Shown here: piece after piece, positions 1 to 15,000 of the stretch
Position numbering within the stretch: position 1 is the first letter of the stretch
Layout: each line of letters begins with the position of its first letter
NCBI GenBank assembly: GCA_965285935.1
Contig: OZ260665.1
Coordinates: 61,628,001-61,692,000, forward strand
DNA: 64,000 nucleotides
Source of the DNA: Ophelia neglecta
Taxonomy: Eukaryota
Reading direction: 5' to 3'
Position numbers and translations under genes: made by a program
The notes under the pieces: generated by a model
Seen by the model: the letters and a program-made list of their open reading frames with translations, nothing else
What the model was told of the DNA's origin: nothing
The model's database searches: none

Positions 1-3000
1 GGTGAGAGACGCACCTGTCAACGCAGCGCCTGCTTTCAGAAGATGGTTCGTAAAGTGGCCAAGGAGTTCCTGGTAGATGAACGCGACCGACTTTACTATG
101 CTGATAACTACACTTGCTGCCCCCCTCCTCTCTTTGTACCGGTCGTCACATTGGTCGAGGTGAGATGCTCCTCAAAGTCTCCCAACTTAATCTCATTTCA
201 CTAATTATGTTACTGATTCATTCATTCTTTAAAACTGAGACAGATATCAATCTGTCTTAAGCATATCAATATCATTCTTCAGCCGAAGTCATATTGTGGG
301 CTGAGCCATTCCAAAGTTCATTGGCAGGATAGATTTAATGACATCATTCAGGGAACAAGTTAATACAACATTAGAATACTAAAAAAGTACTTGTAGCTTC
401 AATTGATCTGCAACATATTAGAAATGGAAGCACTTCTGTAGACTTGATTGTACCTGGTTCCAGCCTCACAGTGCAGCATTGACCTGGCATTTCTCCTATT
501 ATTGTGTACTGTATTGATTGAACGAGCGAGAAATCTAATGGTGTCATAATTATATCTTTTGGTAAACATGGTATTGTGATGGCTGACACATTCCAGTTTC
601 TTCTTTACACATCAAGTACTATATATGGAAGATGTTAATAAGTGAGTAATCGAACGACGAGTTTAGCTGCTTTTAGGCACGATAACTCTGTGATGATTGC
701 ATTATCCTAATACCCGTGCCGCTTCTGTGTTTGATCAGGCTATTAATACAACAGCCATTAAAATCATACATTGCAACTATTGGTAACCTTTTATTGACAG
801 TAAACATAAATTATTTGCATACTTGCTATTTGGTGATGCAAAAGTGTGGGTCTTTATCGGAAAGCCTCTTTTGGCGATGACCAATAGACAGAAAGTTGCT
901 GAAGCCAGGGCAGGATCAATGATATCGACTGATAAAGCCTGAGCAGTTTTATTAGGATTGGGTGTAGTCTTAGTGGATTTATGAATGGCAGAAGAATAGC
1001 AATCGGCTCCGTTTGTAAACACTCAACTTTATACCTAGCAACTATATATTCATTCACCAGGAGATGTATAAAGAGGTGAAATGTGATAAAAGGAAGCAAT
1101 GAGAGAGATTATTGGAATTCTGAATACAGAAAAAAGCAATGTATGGTTGGGGACAATGTTAATTACTTTCAGGTCAACTTGATTGATTTAATTAAATAGA
1201 TAGCCTATGCATTAATAATCCTTGTGCAGATAATTGATCAGGTAGAATATCTTATTATTTAAATTTTCATAGAAGATGAAATGTATCGAACAATTGATAA
1301 GGAGTGAACTTTTTGGTTTTGTTCGTATACGTAGAAGTCATAGAGGCTGTAAAAGATACTCCATTACAGGGTGTATTAATCTGTGGCTACTCATGTAGGC
1401 GCCACTGCCCTCATAACATAATTAGGTTTATTACTGTTGTGCGGTATCTCTAACCGTGTTTTGTAGTGTCAATCTAGAGGTTGTTGTAAACCAGATGTGG
1501 CCCACCCTTTATTGTTGGTCTATTGTTAATTAATACCACAAAGGGTAATTAGGTGTGAAAGGAGTCCCACACATGCTGGGAGTGCTGTAAAATCCACTTC
1601 CTGCACCAGACACACACGTGCCATTCAGTAGGCGGGGGCGATAACAATTAAACCTTCAGGGCAAGCTTTAATGATTTCTGTAGCTGTCCTTCTTATAAAA
1701 GACTGCATTCAATGATATTTATTAAATAACTGTTCTCCCATTTCCTCCATATTCCATTTGTCAACCTTGCTTGCGCTTTCAGATTTGCAAACTTTTGATA
1801 GGAATTATTCTTCTTGAAGTTATATTTCAATGCTATAAAATTATCATTTGGATTATTTGACACAAGTATATTTATTAGACTATGCTAATGGTATTAACCT
1901 AGTTTTAACCAATATTAATGTAAACAATATATACACATACATATTACATATCCATGTATGTAATTGGGGAGTTTACTGTAGTTCAATGCATATATTTCTT
2001 AAAATGCAAATCCTTTTAACAACTATGTGATCTTTAATAATACAATTATTTCACCAAATTCAAATTGGAATGACTGGACAAAGTCTGTCATATACATTGG
2101 ATTTTTGATTATAATCTCTAATTAAGAGCTTTATTGGTCAAAAGCTGCCTCAATTGCCCTTAGCTTTCCCCATCAATAAGACACAACTGCAGATGAATGA
2201 ATGATCACCCAGTAGCAGGCTTTCAGTAAAGGCCAAAGTAATTAGCCCCTAATGGTGTGCAAGGTAGTGTTGGTATTTGTCCTGAAGTTTGAAGAGACCA
2301 AACGATCACCTATTAGAGCTGGGCAACTGCCTGACATCCGGTCTACATGACCCGGCTGTCCACGGCTATTTCTGGTGACACAGCCCTCCAGGAAATCGAT
2401 TGCAAGCAGCCTAAATAGATCTATACAAATATTGACATGCCGGTAAATTTGACCAGAGAAAGTAACTACGGCATTACGTCTTGCTAGTGACTAGCGGACT
2501 AGGAGCAAACTCCAGGAAGGTGTTGATCACTGGGTACCAGTCAGCTGATTGGTGTAAGTCACTGGGTACCAGTCAGCTGACTGATGTAAGTCACTGGGTG
2601 CCAGTCAGTAGACTGGTGTAAGTCACTGGATACCATAAGCTGAAAGGTGTAAGTCACTGGGTACTAGTCAGCTGACTGATGTAAGTCACTGGGTGCCAGT
2701 CAGCTGACTGGTGTAAGTCACTGGGTGCCAGTCAGCTGACTGGTGTAAGTCACTAGGTACCAGTCAGCTGACTTATGTAAGTCACTGGGTGCCAGTCAGC
2801 TGACTGGTGTAAGTCACTGGGTACCAGTCAGCTGACTGATGTAAGTCACTGGGTGCCAGTCAGCTAACTGGTGTAAGTCACTGGGTACCAGTCAGCTGAC
2901 TGATGTAAGTCACTGGGCGCCAGTCAGCTGACTGGTGTAAGTCACTGGATACCAGTCAGCTGACTGATGTAAGTAACTGGGTGCCAGTCAGCTGACTGGT

Positions 3001-6000
3001 GTAAGTCACTGGGTACCAGTCAGCTGACTTATGTAAGTCACTGGGTGCCAGTCAGCTGACTGGTGTAAGTCACTGGGTACCAGTCAGCTGACTGATGTTA
3101 GTCACTGGGTGCCAGTCAGCTGACTGGTGTAAGTCACTGGGTACCAGTCAGCTGACTGGTGTAAATCACTGGGTACCAATATACTTAAAGTTGTATGTCA
3201 TTGTGTACCAATCAGTCAAGATCTATATTGTCAGGCCAGTAAAAACCTCAAACAACAACAACATGTAGTCAGGTATCACTTAGTCAAGGTTTATGTCAAA
3301 TTTGTGTTTAATAGGCTGATCCATAACAATTCTGAGGTGGAGGAAGCCACATAGAAATGACTTAACACCCACCAATAATTGTTCATGAAATATGTGGACA
3401 AAACGTGTCTTAACTTTTTTTTTTTTTTTCAGATTTCAATGTTAATAACTCAACTATAATAAAGCACACACAGTCATATAGTCTAGGTTCCCAGAAGGTG
3501 ATGAGATTTTGTACAATAGCAACTAAATAAAAACAATGATAGTTGCCATCATCGCCTATCACAGTGTAGTGTCTTTTTCTGGATGAATGAGTGTTATCAG
3601 TGTGTGATACACCCAGACAAGCTTCTTCTGCTAAGATAATAACCTTATTAGTTATATAAAGCCAATGTAGATTGTTATTCATGATGACAGTTTTGCCATA
3701 TATCAAAGCCAATGAATTTTCTATGTACGTAGATAACTGTCATGATTCAAAAAAGTTTGACTGTAGCTTTATAAATGTATGCATGAGGCACATTGTATGT
3801 TCTGTGAAGAGCAGTGCATGTGGCCCTGATATTTTGGCTCATTTCAGGATGAAATACCTTGGTGGGCTCATGCTTTATGTCTTTGACAGTTGGTTGTCTG
3901 CATGTTTGGCTGTGCTCATCCCTTGTCAGATTACAAATGTTGTTGGCCAGCCTTTTAGTGGTACAAAGTTTAGTTTGTTGGGGAGAAAGGCCAACTGCAA
4001 TTTGTTGCAGTTAACCTAACAATCTAATCATATCCTATATTTACTTGTGTTACATAGTAAATATATCATTCCTCATAGTTCAAAAATATCAGTCATGAAA
4101 CCCAAAACTCAAAAGCTAACACAACATAATGTGTGTTACTATAACTGACATACATAAGAATTATTAATGCTAAGTTGAGTTAATTATATGCATTCATAAA
4201 TAAGGGCAGTGCCATATTAGGGCCAGCTTTACAAGTCTTTCAGTTAGTCTTTATAACTAGTCAAAAGTTTTATGATATAGACTTATAATTGCTTATGCAC
4301 GTAGAAGTTAAAGGTATATTGTTTAATTTGCAGTGTAAAGATAAATTGAATGGCCCAAGGAATGTGTTGTCTAAGAGTCAATATCCCAATGAAGTTATCA
4401 GCAGTATATTGTCATCAAATATTGTGGCTTGATAGGTGTTAAGGATATTGATGTGAAAAAATGATTATGAATCATTACTATGTGGTTATATCTGTGGAGC
4501 GACCATTATATAAATGACAAAAATTAAATGCTTCATGAATTGTATTATCCTAATGTGTTTATTTCACACTGGTTTCAGGTAGCTGTTTAGTTTGCCGATT
4601 CAAAGACAGATTATATTTTATGGACTGTCTTTTAGATTTAGTCTGGAATGGTTGACTGGATTGCATTAAAATTACTGACATGTGGGAACTGAGCCAAAGT
4701 CAGCCAGCTGTATTAATTAGCCAGAATTCTCTTCTCAGGCACCATTAAATTTAAAGTTTGATACCCTAACATAGAATATCATTAGTTCTTGGTGTAACCA
4801 CCTCTTTAATTTGACACTTTAAAAAAGGCAGAACAATTTACAACAGACTTGAATTGGCCACCACCCCACCTAGGGTGGTGAATTGCTGTGTTAAGTTGCT
4901 GAGTGCTGTTTTATATTGATTTTGATTCAATGAGCTGTGTGTATGTTGAAGTAACTCAGCAGAAAATTAATGTTTTTGGGTACAATTTTAAACATTTGGG
5001 TCAGATTGTATTAAAATTAATTAAGTCCACTATTAAGACCAATTAATTAATCTGATATATATCAGATTTAGAAGATTTTATACTAGTTAGGTGTAAGGCA
5101 AAAGTCAGAATTATATAATTGTTTTTCTTTGCATTAAGTTCTTCTTAATCAATACAGCTGGATCTCTTCAATAATATTTTATGCCGATCCCCATGGTGCA
5201 ATTCATATTATATTAAACAGGAAGCTAAAAAAAATGCATTTAAAATTGCTTATAAAAATTTGCTTTTTAGTAAAAAAAGAAGGAGGAAGGCAAACAGCTG
5301 TAAATTTGCACACTTATTCAAATAAAAGAAATATGTGTGGGTACTGGTTCATAGATTCATCTTCAGTGTTCACTACACATTACCTTTTAACCTGTACTTG
5401 TAGTTGGAAAAGTGGGAGGGTATATGGGAGAGGAACAACTAAGCCCCCCCCCCCCCACCCCCACCCACACACACACTTTTTATAAACTGACCTCAATATT
5501 CTGGATTTTTTGGTTCCACTGATGATATGATTGTAACAAGCTGTCTAGGTACATGTACATGTATATAGATGGTATAGTTGCATGTGATTTTTCCTTAAAT
5601 ACTCACTATCTAACTATACACACATTCTTAGTGCAGACACTGCACACTTGTTACTAGCTGATGATGATCTAGTATTTTAATAATGTCTTCTCTGGTAGCA
5701 TATTGCCATTCCTATAGCTGAAGATATATAAACTGACCATAAGGAAGTTGATGTATGAGGAGCAGGCTGACTTGATTACACTCTTATTGACATTGTTGGC
5801 AGTGTTCTCATAGTTTCTAGACAGCTATGAGTGTGAGACGGCTTTCTTGTCACATCGTAACACTTGCTGGTGCTACAGATGCTGTCCTAAACTTATACTT
5901 GTTCATGCACTCATCATTCTTACCTGCAGAACCAAATTTTTATTTTCTTGAGACAGCATGCAATACCTTGATTTTCATGACAGTTTTCACATATATTGAA

Positions 6001-9000
6001 ATGTGAGGAAATAGCCTTACTTGTACACATACAGAATGGCATAATGCTACCACAATGAAAACTACTCTCATATACTTGGATATATGTAAATGGCAAATAC
6101 ATTTATTTATACATAGCCAAAATATGAATAGAAATTCCAGCTTGGACTGTGATGCTGATGGAAATGTACATGTATAGCAAACAGTTAGGAAAAGAGAAAG
6201 TATGAATAAGAAATAAACTTTTTCTTTTATCATAATTTTTATGAGATAAAGTGTGAGTATAAAGTTCTACAGAAGACAAATGATAACCTGTAATATTACT
6301 GAGTTGATCATAGATGTGAACGTGATTGAACCCTGAAGAGTGTGTTTCTTAATGAACAGATGTTTGAGTGTGTGACCTCCCTGTGTTCTGTCAAGGTCAG
6401 CTGACAAGTTAATCAAGGTCATTTGACGAGGCAGTTGGATGCAGTAATATAAGTTTGGTGACACACGTCCGTCTGCCGTTATTCCTAATTGTATGTTGTC
6501 CCAAGGCATGTCATGTACTGTGTGTTTGCCCTGTCAGGGAGACTACCTGAATGCCTTTAATATTGAATTGTTTTTGTCAAGATATATTGTTTATGTCAGA
6601 TAAAACAAGTAACAATGTAATTATGAATTTCATGACTTCAATGCACTGCTATTGCAATCTTAAGATTTTTATACTTCACCTTTTGGAATGGAAATATTTC
6701 GTAATAGTTCATGTGTCATCATTTCCTGTGTTTGAAAACTACAGTAATCACAACTTAATTTGTGTCTGAGACCAGCCTAGCCAGACAACCTAATGTTACC
6801 TCCCACTCAGACAGTTATCTTAATTAACTGTTGACTAAAGAAGACGTCTTTTAAATTATTTTAAATAAAGAAACATAAAATTTGGACCAGTATGATCTGT
6901 ACTGGATCATGGCTTATTTATGGATCTGCATTATATCATAATTATATAGGTTACCTCATTAAGTCAGTTTAGTTATGTCAAAAAATAATCTTTTTTTCTC
7001 CTATTTTAAATGTCTAACCCCAATTTATTTATTTATTAGTGTCATTAAATTTTAAAGTCATAGATAAAAAAATTAATTGGGGACTGTCTCATTTACATTT
7101 TTATTTACAAGGTGAAACATATTGAATTATCATTGGGATCTCCCATATTGGTTAATAAATATTGTCTTAGCTCTTTCAACAATACAGCCCTCAGTACCTC
7201 TTTAGTTACAGAAATTCAGAGTTAAAATTGTTAATCACTTGTTTACAGTTAACAAGAATACATTAACAAAAGTGCCTGATCACTATGAATAGTTGAATCC
7301 TTCCTGGTGGGTGAAGTGAACTGCGGCCTTGTCATAAAAGCCTTCTTTTATAAAGAATCTCCCTATGGACCAACCAGAGACAAATAGTACAATAATAGCA
7401 CTATAAGTCTCTGGACCAACCAAGACCACAAACCAAGTTATGGCTCGTCTATACATAGCATGAGGGCTAGTAAATCAAATAGCTAATCACTGCTGATTCA
7501 GAGTATCAGCGCCTGAACGATGTGAAATAAATTACAAGCAGAAATGCTGAGGCCTTGAATGACTTTAAACAGTAATTCAAGCCAACCTGTTTATTGCTGA
7601 ATGGTTTTATAGGAATTATGTGACTAATAAGATGTCATTCAACTTCCACAGGGCTTAGAGCACTAGATAAACACTTTATTAATAATAATACCTGATGAAA
7701 ATGGTTATAATAATGATATTAATAAATTAACTTAGGTGTCAACTCAATTTTGGTTAAGAAAATTACCTTCAATGCTCCCCAACTATTTAGAGAAAGAGGA
7801 CAATGGCCTGGATTTACATGTAAAATTGATGCTTTGATCTACGTATCATTTATTACCGGTAATTTCAAATATACCTCCATGTGCTTTTATTAATCATTGC
7901 AAGAGAAAACGAAATTGTTTTTCTTTAATTTACACAACTTGCCAAGAATTTGTTCTGTGTATTGATGTATACAAATATCTTACTGAGGTAAGTATGTACA
8001 TGTATTTTATTTCTAATGATTTTTTTTCTATTTCAGATTGGCAGTTTTGTGTATTACACCCTAAAGAAAGGTGAAATGAGTCCGGCGGGGCCAGTACCTG
8101 TCGACAGTGTCTTCATTTACAGACCTGACAAAAGGGTGGAAATCTGGAGGTTCTTGTTTTACATGCTGATTCATGCAGGGTACGTCTTCTACATTCTAAC
8201 ACTGTTAACCCTGACATTTTCACAACCTCCTAATTTTATGATAATCGCAAAATTCGCGAAATTGTCAAGCTTGTGAAAATTTTCCTGTATAGGGTTTTCG
8301 CACACTGCCATACTTTCCACAAGAAATCACTCCAGCGTTACTACGGGATGAAACTTGGTGTTGAAAATACATGTGGTAATCTGTGAAATTTTCCTACTCA
8401 CGAAACATTTCTTGGCTTACAGTGAATGATACTTAAACACAGGCAGGCTCAGTCTGCTGTTTTTATAATTAAAGGGTGAGTCCTGTTCATTCAAACACAG
8501 TCAGACTCAGTCTGCTATAGACAAATGTCAATCTTGCACATTCATCAATTAATCCTTTAACATTAGACTCAGGTATTGGCCTTTTCAGAATCATGTCAGT
8601 TATAGATTGTAATTGTGGTTATAATCCAGCTTGACATTCCATACATGTACATATAACTCATCAATAGCTAGAGAGACATAGTAGAAATACATGGTAGAGA
8701 GTAGACATGTACATGTCTTGTTTAATTATTATGACAGCTTTTATTAATTACTAAATTTAGGCATGACAACTGGCATCTTGGGGCAAAAGTGTCCATAAAA
8801 TTTGACACCAATGTGACCGTAGCATTGTACTAAATGATCAACCACACAGCTCACAGCTGGGTGACTCATTAAGATTTTTGTTGATTAATTAATTAGATTT
8901 TCCTTTCGTTATCTTCTATCTTCTATGTATTTGGATACATAATGGGTGTACATTCTGAAGTGCTATGAACCAGTGCAATGACCCAAAATTCCTACAACAA

Positions 9001-12000
9001 TATACCGCGGTAGACATGTTGCGAAGGTACAAGACTCTAATGTGGGTTGACTGTCAGTTGACTTTCAAAAAGAAAAATATTACAAAATTAGCCTACATGT
9101 TTACTATACACAATATATAACTTATTTTTTATTGTTTTTTACTGGTTTGTGTTACTATGTCTCAGGTCTTGTTGTCAAATAAGACTGAGATTATTTTCAC
9201 TGGATTGTATTTCTGTATGCTATCTAACATGAAAGTCAATGAAACAAAATAGATAAAACTTTGGATTGTTTTGAAAACTGTAAATAGAATCCTTGGCGTT
9301 AATACTTGTCTGGCATTTAAAAAGTTTAAGAAGCATCATCTACATGGCCCATGAAATAAACATATATATACTTATACCTTTCATTCAGTTTTTAGATTCA
9401 CCTTTCATATACAATTTTAGAGTCATTTTCCATTCTTAAATATTCATGTTAAATGAGATAAATCTGGACAGCCATCATCTCCTTAGATCTTTTTGTAATA
9501 CTTATTGCTGCAAAACAGTTGATTTACCTTTAAAAGCTAATCTTTTAGTGCCCTTTCTCACATTGCTTTAACAGAATTGCTTTAACATTTTTTTAATGTA
9601 GACGTAAACAGACTTATATGTAAATACCTGCTCTTCTGTATATTAGGATCAGTCTACCATTGAACAGGGTAATACATGGGACTGGGAATTCCCTCAATTG
9701 ATTTGTTCTGGGATTTCCCAAATTCCTGCTGATCCAGTTCCATGGATTTGGAGTTTTTGTTGTACGCGACATACTAGATCCTAAAACCAGCACTGCATGA
9801 CTCGGGAGCCGGGTTAGGTCATATTGAATATTCTTTCCATTAGTGGGATTGCCTATTAAAGTAAATTCTTTGGTAATCAATATTTGGGTGCTCAACATTA
9901 TTTTGATGCCAGTCGAAACATCAACATTGCACTTAACAGACAATAAAAATTGCATGCTTTGTCTCATACTGGGCATATAATGGAGATACAACTATTAAAA
10001 TTCTATTGAGTTTTGTTGTATTAGCTGGAGTAATAGTGTCAACTTCTTGATAGAAGTCCAGCGTTACAGCTCACTTGTCGTACGTGATCAAGTGTTTTTT
10101 TTTGGAGCGTATTGTTCCAAGATCTAGATGGTGTGGTAGAATTGTGGTCAAGTAGTGGATAATCATGACTCATCTCGTTTACTCTGTTAATTTGACTTTT
10201 TCAATGCTAAAACACCCGGAAAGAAAGTCATGAGTCATTGGATTGATGTTTGTATACTTAACTTCCTTTATTGATCTCTCAATACCTTGTTCACACCCTC
10301 CCAGATATTTGTGTGTGTGTTTAGGGAGTGGGTGGGTGGGGGGTTCAGCCGGGCCCAGGCTGCTCAGGTTTTGTCCTAAATTTGTGCATCTTGACCACAT
10401 TGAATATGAAAGGAGGGTCTTTGGGTTAACTTCCTAATTAAAGTCCCCCCCCCCTCCCCTCTTCACATTCCTTCATCACCCTCTGCCACCTCCCACGCTT
10501 TGCCTGTAGGAAAATAACAATAACCTATTAAAAGCGCGGCTGTAGATAATGTCTAATACCAGTCAATACCTTGGTAATGTAATCTCATGATCAATACAAA
10601 GAGCACATCAGCTCCAGCTGATCACAACTAACCTTTGTGCCCTCTTTAACCCAGACTTTTTTATTTTTGTTGAAGTTAACACTACTTTTTAGACGAAATT
10701 TGCATGGTAAATATAAGCTAACAGATGTTGCTTATGTGATAGTGTGGTCCATGGCTTTCCTAAATGTCAACAAACTGTTTGTTTCAACACTGTTTTTTTG
10801 GGGATGTAGCAGAACATAATATATATATTTACACATAAACTACATATTAACTAGTGAAGTTGGTTCCTACTACAAGAGAATTCTAGCACAGGGTTGGTAC
10901 TTTATGACTTGGTTAGTGGCAGGTCCAGTTTTTGGTGACCCAGAGACAGGGAGTGCCCCCAGGGTCCCAGCATCCGTCTCTCTGAATCTCCTAGTCTACC
11001 TGTTTTTTGAGTCTCTCCACAATATATCCTATCTCAAACCATACTGTTATAACGCTGAACACTATAACAGGGGCACAGATTACAAAGAGCACGATTATAA
11101 GGCACACCAATTGCCAATGTCAAATAATTGCAATTTTACAGTACTTTGATTGACATTTGAGCTTAAGTTGAAGGCACTGGCAGATAAATATTACAATAAA
11201 CATAAAGGAAGATACCGGGTAACAAAAAATACAATTGGAATGTTAAAGCCACAGGCATTTCAATGACCGGGAACAAAATTTTATATCTTCCACTGTGAAA
11301 ATTTGGAATTTTTAAATGCTTATGATACATACCACAGTATGTGGTGAAAGAATTTCATGCTGAGTTATTACTACTGTTGGAGTTTTGTAGGAAAAACAGT
11401 TTAAAATATACTCTTTGCAAGTGTCATCATTTTCACTTTTTTTATTGACTGTTGACCACAAATCAGTAATTTGCATCAAACATAACTTTGAATACTGGTA
11501 AATAAGTTACCAATTCGATTGAAGTTTTCACTTTTCATTTGTTTGTTTCAGATGGGTGCATTTATTCTTCAACATGTTAGTTCAGTTCCTGGTGGGACTG
11601 CCCTTGGAGATGGTTCATGGCTCACTTCGAATTGGGACTGTGTATATGGCCGGGGTGCTAGCGGGTAAGGCTAGGCTAAAACCAACATCATGCATTTAGC
11701 TGAAACTCATATTCCACAAGCTTTCCCTCAAAGAAAGTTTTGAGCACAAGAAATGTATTTCTAGCTTCTATGACCATAGAATTCCTGTCACATTTTGGTG
11801 AATTCTAAACATCCATGTTGAAAACCTACTTTTGGTAAAAATTTCAGTGTTTTGCTAAAACAGATGTCCCACTACAAACTACATTATCTTGGTAGGGTCA
11901 GTGTATAGCTAGGGTCTAGTAGCAGTGACATCATCTATTTATACTCATTTCATTCAATGATTGGATTGATGACTAGGTTCAGGGACTGGGTCATTGTGAC

Positions 12001-15000
12001 CTGACCTTAAAGTGATGCATCATTTGTGACCTTACTACACTTAAATTAGTGACATTACAGTGCAGGCTGACCTGGGCTTGTCCTCAGTCCAAGCTTCTAC
12101 TAATTAATCATGAAAATATTTACCCTGAGAGTTGCACTCGGACTGAACTTTAGTGGCATTTGGTTATTTTTGATTTCATCCTGATACAATGTTCGATTAA
12201 AAGAAAAAAAAGCTAATAAAACTTTATACATATTCTTCAATTTTACTAAAATTTGCAAGTTGTCTGAATGTTATCAACTGTTTTGATTGACAATACCCAT
12301 CCTTTAAATTTTCCCACAAGCACCATTAAGATAAAGCATTCACAATTTATATATTAACTTATGAATACCCTGGTGCTGTAATTTCTTCACTTTAATGATT
12401 GTCTTGCTGGCAATCGATGATGGTTCCCCAGTTGTTCTATAATCAAGATATTATGCAATACATGTATGTATAATGTATATAAATTCCATTTTTCTTTTGT
12501 TGTTTCCAGGATCATTGGGGACGTCAGTGTTTGATCTAGATGCCTATTTAGTAGGAGCCTCGGGCGGGGTGTATGCTTTACTGGCTGCTCATTTAGCAAA
12601 TATATTACTAGTAAGTATGGTATATTTCACTTATACATGTACATTACTTTACTATTATCATTTATTTGTAAACATCTGACCCAATTTATATTTCCTGTTA
12701 GAAAGCTATGTTCAAAACAAATTCATTCATTGTATTCCAAATAAAATGTGACATACAAGGGGCTTCTTTGAACAAATTAAATCTAAACATGGAAAATAGT
12801 TGATGGGATGGCCTGAAAAGGACGAATAAAAATGATTGTTCAAAAATGCTCTAGTCGGCATTAGATAAGTTGAAATCAGATGCCTGGTTTTAGTCTTTGA
12901 TGGCTCTATATATGAACATATCACATTCTTTTGTATGATGATGTGTTTGATGAATTAGAGTGCTTCTTACTGGCCCTTTCATGGGTGATCTTCTCTCATC
13001 ACCTTAATTGGCATTTGTGACAAAGTGAGTATCTTGAATACACTGACCACTTACCGGAAGGAAACACCCTGTAAATTAAATAGCCTCGGCAAATGGCTAA
13101 CTTAGGTAAAATACCAGGTCAGCCAGGAGCTGGTTATTAATAATCTCAGGGAACTGCACTCTGTGCTTGTCATACTTATGATACTGGACATGCTTGCGTA
13201 GGAGTAACTCAGAGTGACTAGCTGTGTCTGATCTGTAATCCTCGGCGATGGGACGGTAAACATGACTGCTGCAAATGGCAAGGGTCGAGCAGCATATATG
13301 AGAGATAAGCTATCAGCATGTATATTATTAATGAATAATTTAATGTAGGAGATAGTGAGGGATTGCCGCAGTTAGGCAATCCACAAGTGACATTTTCGTG
13401 AGGCACTGGTGCTATGCCCTTTCCTGCAGTCAATTCCAGCCTGAAACACTAGACATAAGGGCCATCAAAATTCAATTACGGCTAAATTGTCAGTGTTTTT
13501 GGGAGCGTGTGCGTAGGTGGCTGCCATTTTCCTTTGTCGCTTTCAGCGTGGTTGATAGCTAAGGTGCCTAGATTGCAGAGCTATATAAGAGCACTTGGCC
13601 AGTCTTCATAAAGCTCTTTGGCCAAAGTCAAGTGGGCCCACCAGACATGATCACGCCTTGATCAACTTCTAACAATATGGCATGCTTTATTATGACCTTT
13701 AGAGTTTTACACCTCAAGAACATTGTGGTACAAGTAGGTGTCATTTGAAATTCTTTATAGTATAAAGTATTTTTGAGAAGAAAAACCATTAATCTCAAAA
13801 TTACTTGATTGACTTTGATGCATTCTGGTTATACATGTATATGCTCATTAACAGCTTAAAGAGGAAGCAGCTTGGCTTGTATATTAATTGTACAGAGTGG
13901 GTGTGAGTAGTACACGTGAAGTTGTTTCCTGCACCCTCCACTACTACTGACCTTGTTTAAACCCCCTTTCCATTGCCGTAGCTATCTCTCAGTACAGCCG
14001 CCAAAGATGAAGGAATTCAAGCAGCCCTGGATATGTCTGTCTATCCCACCCTGTCCGTTCCTCTGTCCACCCCACCTGCTTCTTTTCACCCTTACCCCCT
14101 ATCCATCATATCATGTCTAAGCTAAGTAGCGGACAATCCAGGCACTCCTATGACAAGCAGCTCTGGCCTTTACAGTGGCAACAGTTCTCCTCTGACCTTT
14201 ACGCTGGCAGCCGTAGACGTCATTTCACACCCGAGCAGGGCTGGTTTCAGATCCCTTAACCCGAGCAGATACCCAGAGATTTACATGAGTCTCACAGCTC
14301 CATAGTCCCACCTGATGTGTAGGGACAATATTATCATTAAGATCCCCTGGGGATCTAATATCATCTCCAGTTGTGGCATTATTGACTTGTTAATGAAGGT
14401 CAATGGTGGCTAAAGGATAGTAAACCATAAGCACTGACCTTCTGGGGACATTACAAGCTGGACGGTGTGCGTTTACACTCCATCTATTAACTTCTACACC
14501 ACTTGGGCCCATTATGGTCCAATATATTTTACACTAAGAGATGAGACTTAAAGTTAGCTTAATGGTGAGGACAGAAATATGGGCTTAGTGATAGATCTCT
14601 GGTTGATATTCAATTTACATGGATTATTCATAATTTTAACCTTTACACAAATGTCTGCCTAAATTAAACCATGAACTAGCTACTACTTCAAGGCAATTGA
14701 TGCCATGGCTTGGCGTCTTTTTTGTGCCATTGCTTTAAAAATGCTTTTTAAGCCCATAAGGCAAGTCCAGCAAAAACTGATATAATGATGATTGAAGCAC
14801 GTACATTGTAGGCCAGCATATAAATGTATCCTTATACATACCCTCCCATAATGTGATCAACAATTATGGTAAATAATAGAGCAATATCCTCCGCCCCCTT
14901 CTTCACTACCCAGGCCAATGCTTATTGCTCATGTATGATTCCAAGAATGGACAACAGGTGGATTTGCTACATTAGAATGTAACAAGTAGGTGTCTGTGTT

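Noticed and set aside
2527-3178. CRISPR-like array (32-bp palindromic repeats)
   Set aside because: The repeats are contiguous with no unique spacers, there are no cas genes, and the array lies in a eukaryotic intron.
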